From Eledone cirrhosa (lineage: Eukaryota): 64,000 nt of DNA. This document shows, one piece after another, positions 55,895-64,000 of this stretch. Made by a program: the position numbers and the translations under genes. The DNA lies in contig OZ024743.1 of assembly GCA_964016885.1 (NCBI GenBank), positions 279,620,001 to 279,684,000 of the forward strand, in the 5' to 3' direction. The notes below the pieces were generated by a model. The model was not told the DNA's origin, ran no database searches, and saw only the letters and a list, made by a program, of their open reading frames with translations. Position 1 is the first letter of the stretch; the number at the start of each line of letters is the position of its first letter.

Positions 55895-56219
55895 ATATAT
55901 ATATAACGAAGGAGTTGTCGTAAACAACCAGATGGACCATAACGCACCAGAGTACTCAATACTTAGGGTAGTAGAGTGGGTAATAGGAGAAAGTATGACC
56001 CCGACGGCAGAGTCCAGAAATAGCCGTCGAAACGGCTTGAGCTCTGCCGTCGGGTCATACTTTCTCCTATATATATATATCATATATTTATATCATATAT
56101 CATATATCATATACATATACATACATACATACATACATACATACATACATACATACATACATACATACATACATACATACTTACATACATACATACATAA
56201 GAGATAGAGGGAGAGATAG

Positions 56220-56282
<63 letters not shown>

Positions 56283-56593
56283 CTTTTTCTTCGCCCCACG
56301 TTCCGATATTTTTATCACAGATTAAGAAAACAATTTTAAAATAATTAAAATATGTTTCTTCCACTTCATGTGTAAAATTGTTTCTAGTACACTGCACAAT
56401 TTTAAGGTTTAAGCACCATCACCGTAGACATAACATACAGCCAATGGTCATGCACGAACCATCGATGATTTCATTAAAGACCGACATATATATATGGTCT
56501 CGGCTATCAGCAACACATTTGTATCTTGTCTTGCAATCTACTCACGTTGAAAGGAAGCAAGAAATAGAGAATGGAAAAGAGAGACTGTCTGTA

Positions 56594-56667
<74 letters not shown>

Positions 56668-57884
56668 TGAGATTTAAGAAGTGGACAGGGAGAAAGTGTC
56701 AGTAATAGAGAGAGAGAGAGCAAAAGAGAGAGAGAGAGAGTAGAGAGAGAGAAAGAAAGAAGACTGAATAAGTGAGAAAATCTGTTTGACACGTTACATA
56801 GCTAACTGGCACAAACGAGAGAGAGCGGGGTGGAGGGGTGGACATAGTTCTTTCATCAACAGAGAAATAAAGACTAAAAATGTAGATTACAGATGCGTGT
56901 ATCGATTTGATTGACCTAGCAGTTGTAAATATTTACATCTTCAGACATCTAATTCCATGTCAATCAATTTGGTGTTTAAAGACTCACCTTAAATTCTTAA
57001 CTTGCTCATTCTCAACTCCACCACCCATTACACAGGCTCTTTGTCTATTCCGTTTGATAATATAAAAATAAATACATAAATAAAATGAGCTAAGGGAAAT
57101 AACTCACGTGGACCAATGTTCCGTTTGATGTTCGTGTTTATAATTTTTTTTCCTTTCTTTAATAGGATTGCGCAGATTCTGCTGATACAGTTTTTTTTTT
57201 TAGTTTTATAATCGTCGTCGTCAATATTGTTGTTCATTACTCTTGTTGTTTTAGTTGTTGCTGCTCTGTTTATTTTTGTCTTTCAATTTTTTTGTCATGT
57301 GGTTGCTGTGATTTCACACTGCTGGTATATTTGCTGCCCCCGTTGCTTTTGATGCTTTGTATGCCGTTGCTTTCCTTGCTGTTGTTTTAGGTTTTACTTT
57401 GCAGTTGTTTTTATACTGCTGCCGATGGCCTTTATACTGTATGATAGAATGATTCACAGTTTTATGCTATCTTGTATTGTATTATGCGTTATGCATTGCT
57501 TTATCAGGTATCATTGTCTTTAATTGTTGTTCGGTTTCGACGATGAGCATTCAGTTGGTCGGCCAATGCAAATGTGTTCAGCTAAAATTTAAATGGCTGA
57601 GTATTCCACTGACACTTCCAACGAAAATGGAACTTCATAGATTTCGACAATAAGTATTCTAGTTATTCGAATAGATAAAATAAATGCATGTTAAATGGAT
57701 ATGTAAATTACAGAAAATTCCACATCACGTGATTCAATTTCTATTAGTTATTTGATAGGCAGAGCGTCCAACTCTTTAATAACCTATGTGGATAAATATT
57801 CCTGAAACGCACGTATCAATAACATATTTCACAGGACGCAAAATCAAGTGACACAATATGCCATAAGCTTGACCTTCGCAATAC

Positions 57885-58050
57885 AAATACAGTCAAGTCA
57901 TCTGATGGACTTCCACGCGGTTTCCGTTTATACAATTTCACTAGTAAAGTTTAAGCGGACTCGAGGTTACAATAAAACAAGCTTGCCTAAGATTCCACAC
58001 AATGGAATCGGACCCATGATCTAATGATTGCGAAGTATACTTCTTCACCT
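57885..58050 (-). mobile_element. Second SINE family (CORE-like), diverged
   Basis: GACTTCCACGCGGTTTCCGT...CTTGCCTAAGATTCCACACAATGGAATCGGACCC resembles the reverse of a tRNA B box plus CORE (CTTGGGCAAG). Confidence 0.45.
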
Positions 58051-58122
58051 ATCACGCATTCTTCGGAGGATTGTGGTTTATAGAAACATAATAGTAGAAT
58101 GGTGCGAAAATTTCTACGCAAG

Positions 58123-58308
58123 GATTGGCAGTATCGGTAGAGGGTCGGATGCCGCCATGCTTTGCAGTATAGAGTTACGGCCCATTATGATCTGAGTTCA
58201 AATCCCGCCAATGTTAACTTTGCCTTTCATCCTCACGTGGTCGATAAAATAAAGCACCAGTAATGCACTGGGGTATTTGCTGGTCTTGTGCCAAAAGTAG
58301 AAACAATT
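58123..58308 (+). mobile_element. SINE family A copy
   Basis: GATTGGCAGTATCGGTAGAGGGTCGG...GAGTTCAAATCCC...GTGCCAAAAGTAGAAACAAT. Confidence 0.88.
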
Positions 58309-58960
58309 ATTAACTACAGTAATCAATTATTCAATGGACGTTCCTTCAGAGCTCAAGTCACATTTGAATCGAGTATGCACGTGATTCATACGTAAAAAGG
58401 AGGGACATATTTGAACAAGTTGTCTTATTCTGAGAATATTCCGGGTTGCTCACGTTTAGAACACATTTAATCAAAAGGTAACAAATGTTCTCTGTAAAAA
58501 TTTAACATATATCCTACATCAACAATGACGTCAGGGAAGCAACTAAGATCTTCAAAATATGACCACATGATTCATATAAACATATATCTGTCTACTGCTA
58601 CAAAATTTACACTTATTCAATGTGCAACTTCTTCATTTGGTCTGACATATGACAGAAATTGCCATTTTGCACTTTCTTCTCTATAGATATGTTGTTATAT
58701 TATTTGTGTTTGTATTCTATGTTTGCTATTTGTATTATTTTATTATTATTTTTCGTTATATTATTTCCTTTCGGTCGCGAATCGTTAATGATAACCATTT
58801 GTGTGAAAGAGTGAATTGCAAAACAACTTTGTCTAACTGCCAACCCTGTTATTAATTTTGTTTTGTTTTGGGTTTATCTACATTCTTTTAAAGTCTGATG
58901 TGTTGTTGTTGTTATGTTGTTGTTGTCATGTTTTGTTGTTGCTGTGATAGTTGTTTCTGT

Positions 58961-59013
<53 letters not shown>

Positions 59014-59054
59014 TCAGTAGTAGTGACATTTTACCCAATAATAACATCAACACC

Positions 59055-59126
<72 letters not shown>

Positions 59127-59919
59127 ATTTGTGTGTGTGAGAGAGAGAGTGTGCTCGTGTGTTTTTGTTTTTGTGTGTGTGTGGAGAGGGAGTGTGTGTA
59201 CAGAAGTGATCTAAATTGTAAATAAGCCTGCAAATTCAGCATCAGAAATATAAAACATACTAACAACAAAATACACCTTCATATACATATGCTATATAAT
59301 TAAGAGTCACTAATAGAAGCTGTAACTAATAATTAATTAAATTAAATTGAAAAAATTAAAAATATATATTGCATAATGAAGCTTCATTTCCTCATCTTAC
59401 ATCAACAAAGAATTTCCGTTGTTTATTCGCATTTCAGTTTCATTTACATACAAATTTATATTACAAAAATTTGACCAGATTTCTTTTTTGTTATATTCCA
59501 TTAAGGCATTTGTATTGCGATTGTTTTCTATTTACTTAGTTACTTGCAAATATTTCTGCATCTGTGATAAATGTGCGAAACGTATGTGTTCATGTATGTC
59601 TGTCGTTGTGCATACGTTTACAGATTAGGTGTTTGTGTGTGTGTGGGGGGGGGGGGGATTGGGTGTGTGTATGTGGGGGGGGGGGGTATGTGTGTGTGTG
59701 GGGGGGTGATTGTGTGTGTGGGGGTTTCAGCGTGCGTTGGGAATGTCTTTCTGAGGTTTATTCTATCGTAAACAACTAAGAACGTTACATCAAAACAAGC
59801 AGAGCCCTTTTAGTAGATGAAGCGAGAAATTTACACACACACACTCACACACTTACACACACACACACACACACACTCACACACACAAACACACACATGC
59901 ACACACACACACATGCTTG

Positions 59920-59958
<39 letters not shown>

Positions 59959-60089
59959 TGGAAAATGTGTGAAATTCTTGGTATAGTTATATTTAAAAAA
60001 AGGAAAATAATGACTTCACTTGTAGTTCTAAACAATTATTAAATTGAATCAAATTGTTTAGAACTGCAAGTGAAGTCATTATTTTCCTT

Positions 60090-60130
<41 letters not shown>

Positions 60131-60574
60131 GTATGTATGTATTTATACATCATACGTTTAGGTAAGATTAGTCAGAGGAATATTTTTACGTATAAATGAA
60201 CAAAACACTCAAAGCATACGGTAGGACAGGGATACGAAAAAGATTACTGATGCAGGATTTCGTTGCTGCCTTATGGTTACAAAATTGATTCTGAGAAAAT
60301 TCTTGGTTATTTCAAGTTTGCAAATGGATCGCATATGGTTGTGAAAATTAATTATATTTTTATTTTACATACATTGAAGTAGTAAACATTTGGTGTATTT
60401 TAATGAGACTCTATGCAAATCTGGGGTTAATTTGGTGGCTGTTGTGGTGTGTGTTCGGTTTGCCGAGTTTGGGAAGGTGGGCGAACCGCGTTTGGTTTGC
60501 CGAATTTGGACGATGGCCCTCAGGCTCGTTTAGCAGGAGGCATGAGTGCAGTGTGGCGTTCGGTTTAGTGTGTT

Positions 60575-61504
60575 TTGTGGACAGATTACATCATGAAAGT
60601 TGGGAAGGAGCTCCTTGAGAGCTACCCCCTGCATGGTAATCAAAATCCCGCACCCAGGGAAATTACCCAGCAGTACCGCAGTGAATCCATGGATGAAAAA
60701 CTGCCTGCTTATCAGCAAAAAATCATGCATGGATATGTTGCCAGGAATCTCCAGAGTGAGAGTAATATAGATAAACAAAGTAGTCTATCTTGGACCAACA
60801 ACCGCTATATTGGGTCCCACTTTGAAGGATACGCTTTTGCAATCCAAGAACACGAAATCAACACAAAATACCTGATTCACAAAAGAGATAGGGATGCAGG
60901 CAAAACACCTAGATGTGAAAAGTGCAAACTCTGCAAAATTAACATCGAAGATGTCACCTATGTCATAAGCAGCTGTCCAAAGATATCATCATGGTACTAT
61001 CTACCTATGAGGCATGATATAGTGGGCAAAACACTGTACAATGCAATCCGTAGAAAAGATAGTCCCGATAATAAACACATTAAAAGCTACAGCAATGTGG
61101 AAGACATACATAATATGAAAGAGTACTGGTGGAATGTTCCTGTAAAAACCCCAATAACATTCAGGCATAACAGACCAAATATTATGATATGGGACAGGGA
61201 AAAGAAAGCATGCACAGTAATGGAAGTTAGCTGCCCAGCAGATGCCAATATAATATTAAAGATTTGTTAAAAGTAGAATATCTATGCAGAACTAATGAGA
61301 AATCTACAGATACTCCACCCTGACTATACTTTCAGATTTGTACCTTTGATTATTGGGGTACTGGGATGTATTAGTAACTGCCTCAATACAAATATTGAGA
61401 AGCTGGGCTTCACAGAAACAAAAAGAACAAGACTTGTTAGGAAATTACAATCCATTAATGGAACAGTAAAAAAATGTAAAACATTCCAAACATTCTGCAT
61501 CTAA
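60575..61504 (+). pseudogene. 3' part of an REL-endonuclease non-LTR retrotransposon (R4/Dong/NeSL-like)
   Basis: AIQE.., CKLC..EDVTYVISSC (CCHC knuckle, H->Y), RHD, NRPN (PD->PN), EVSCP, then a single stop and YAEL...PLIIGVLG. Confidence 0.85.
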
Positions 61505-61799
61505 TAACTGCATATACACTTGTACAGATACTAAGCATATACACATGCACACATATAACTCGAATCATCCACATCCACACATACAATAACATCCATACCT
61601 GCACAAACATGCAGGCTATCTATCTCGTTGATGTTGTGTGAAATCCAACATTGGCAAAAATTTGTGAACTTATAAAACCAGAAGAACATACATACATGCA
61701 TACATACATTCATACATACATACATATATATAGAGAGAGAGATAGATCGATCGATTATCTATAGATAGATAGATAGATAGATGGATTATGTATGCCAGA

Positions 61800-62200
61800 T
61801 AGATGGATTATGTGACCAGAAGCATACCCATAAATCGCTAGGTATTTCAGTGCTAAAGGCAGTTATTGAAGGCTTCATCTTAGGTGCTCAAGATCAAAGC
61901 TTATTAACAGGGAATTATCAAACCAATATAATGAGAAATGGAGTAGATCCTAAGTGCCGATTCAACAATGAGTAGATTGAAACAGAGAACCACTTAATAT
62001 CTGAATGTAAAGTTTTAGCCCCAGTAGCGAATAAATCATCATATTGCTGAGGTGACTAACAAAGTGAAACGAGCCAGCAACTAGAAGGCGCCGGGACATG
62101 ACAAAATCCCAAAATACTGGTTGAAATATCTAACACATCGAGTACTTGCAAAGTGTTTAATGGGATTTTGACAGAACCAGATATATCAGCTGACAGACTA
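61800..62200 (+). pseudogene. Second REL-type LINE fragment
   Basis: EGFILGAQDQSLLTGNYQ...DPKCRF..ETENHLISEC. Confidence 0.7.
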
Positions 62201-62231
62201 ACTGAAATACACCATGATCCCCAATAATAAT

Positions 62232-62415
62232 TGTTTCTTCTTTAGGCACAAGGCCAGCAATTACCCAGTGCATTACTGGTACTTTATTTTATCGACCCCG
62301 TAAGGATGAAAGGCAAAGTCAACCTCGGCGGGATTTGAACTCAGATCGTAAAGGGACGTAACTATGCTGGAAAGCATGGCGTCCGACCCTCTATGGATAC
62401 TGCCAATCCACCGCC
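62232..62415 (-). mobile_element. Full-length young SINE family A with 17-bp TSD
   Basis: TGATCCCCAATAATAAT at 62215-62231 and 62416-62432. Confidence 0.93.
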
Positions 62416-62439
62416 TGATCCCCAATAATAATGATAGGA

Positions 62440-63200
62440 CAAACTTCCAAACCTACAGATTTATGATATATCTACTTACAAGACTTCAAATGCAATAATA
62501 TCGCAGAAATTGACCAAGCACCACGAGAAATCAACATGTTTTAAGAAGAACGGAAAGGATGCAACATAGACACATAGGCATGTAAAGGCCAACTACTAAT
62601 CAACAAAGCCATAACAGAAAACTGCATAAACAGAACAAAAACCTCCGTAAGGTATATATTGAATACCAAGAAACTTCTGCCATTGTGCCCCACTGAACAC
62701 ACAAACAAACAAAATAGCGCCAAGAAATAAACACATTCATCCACCATGCCATGAGTAAATGGCAAACATTTCTGTAAATAAAGATACTGATCCTATCCGA
62801 ATTAACAACGACATAAATGAAAGAGATTCCCTTTCACTTTTCCTCTTATGTCATACACTGACACCATTATCTGAGATACTAAACATGACTAGACATAAAT
62901 ATAAATGCTACAAGAAAACTAACCAGGTCCTGTATATCGACGATCTAAGAAATTAACATGAAATTTAAACCAGAAAAATAAACCAATGCAACCTATGAAG
63001 AGCGAAAACATTATGAAAATCAGATATACAAATACTTATAAATCAATGAACTAGACAGGGTTCAACTCACACAAACGAAAGAAAACATTAGAAAGGGATA
63101 CTATTAACGTATTAGATTACGACTCATCTTATGAAGAGTAACCTCAGTACAATAGAAACAACACCAACAAAAAAAACTGTCCGTACCCAAGGCACACTTT
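62440..63200 (+). pseudogene. Decayed RT of an REL-type LINE
   Basis: ERDSLSLFLLCHTLTPLSEILN (QGDSLSP..F...L.PLS) and NQVLYIDDL. Confidence 0.6.
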
Positions 63201-63249
63201 GATGCACAATAATGCAGTAGTGAAACGCAATAATACTATAAGTAATAAT

Positions 63250-63433
63250 TGTTTCTACTTTTGGCACAAGGGCAGCAATTATCCCAGTGTATTACTGGTA
63301 CTTCATTTTATCGGCCCCGTATGAATGAAAGGCAAAGTTAACCTCGGCGGGATTTGAACTCAGATCATAAAGGGCCGTAACTCTTTGCTGCAATGCATGG
63401 CGGCCGGCCCTTTACCGATACTGCCAATCCACC
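63250..63433 (-). mobile_element. SINE family A with 10-bp TSD
   Basis: AAGTAATAAT at 63240-63249 and 63436-63445. Confidence 0.88.
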
Positions 63434-63839
63434 AAAAGTAATAATGATAATATTTTCTATATTTACCATGAGGGAGAAGTATACTAGAGACATTTACAAA
63501 TGGTGTGGGTTAAAATAGAAGTGAGTAGATAGGGATCATAATAATGGTTATGTCATAATCCTGTTATTCGTTTTCCTCTTAATGAGGAGGTCCAACATAT
63601 GTTTATTTCCCATGATATAATGGAAAAATGGGCAGAGAATTCAATCATGTATTGAAAATTAATCGATCAACAAGGACTTTTTGAACTCATTATACACACT
63701 ATACGCACACACTCATATACACGAGATAATACATACACACGTAAATACACAGACACTCACATACATGTATGCATTTATACGTACATATAATTGTTAATTT
63801 AATTAATCACAAAAGTGAATGATATATATTGGTATCTAC

Positions 63840-63871
<32 letters not shown>

Positions 63872-64000
63872 CACCACATATTATTTAAATCGGTATAAGT
63901 TGTATTTTTCTATATTTCTATACATATGTATAAATGTATCTAATTTTTGTATGCATCTATTGTCTAAAGTCATACACATATAATTTTAATTATTACTTAT

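Overview
AT-rich eukaryotic (animal) genomic DNA saturated with microsatellites ((TA)n, (GA)n, (CA)n, (TACA)n, trinucleotides). The SINE and microsatellite landscape looks like a cephalopod (Octopus-type) genome; this is inference. I see no convincing host protein-coding exon, and nearly all ORF-track entries are microsatellite or low-complexity artefacts. The real content is retroelements. There is an uninterrupted but 5'-truncated Penelope-like element (PLE; RT + GIY-YIG, ~27115-30067, minus), a decayed second PLE (~43730-45605, minus), three PLE relics, RTE-like, CR1-like and REL-endonuclease LINE fragments, and many tRNA-derived SINEs (some with TSDs). About a dozen minimal type I hammerhead ribozyme (HHR) motifs sit in PLE 3' ends and solo terminal fragments next to (TA)n tracts, often with fold-back or inverted ends. 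The most unusual item is a ~515/644-nt non-coding, terminally redundant, (TA)n-embedded repeat family plus a sister family. They share a covarying RNA structure that contains all three hammerhead core strands in reversed (non-circularly permuted, pseudoknotted) order, with a kink-turn. A 122-bp perfect palindrome is centred exactly on a predicted HHR cleavage site. All RNA structures were paired by eye, and boundaries of decayed repeats are approximate.
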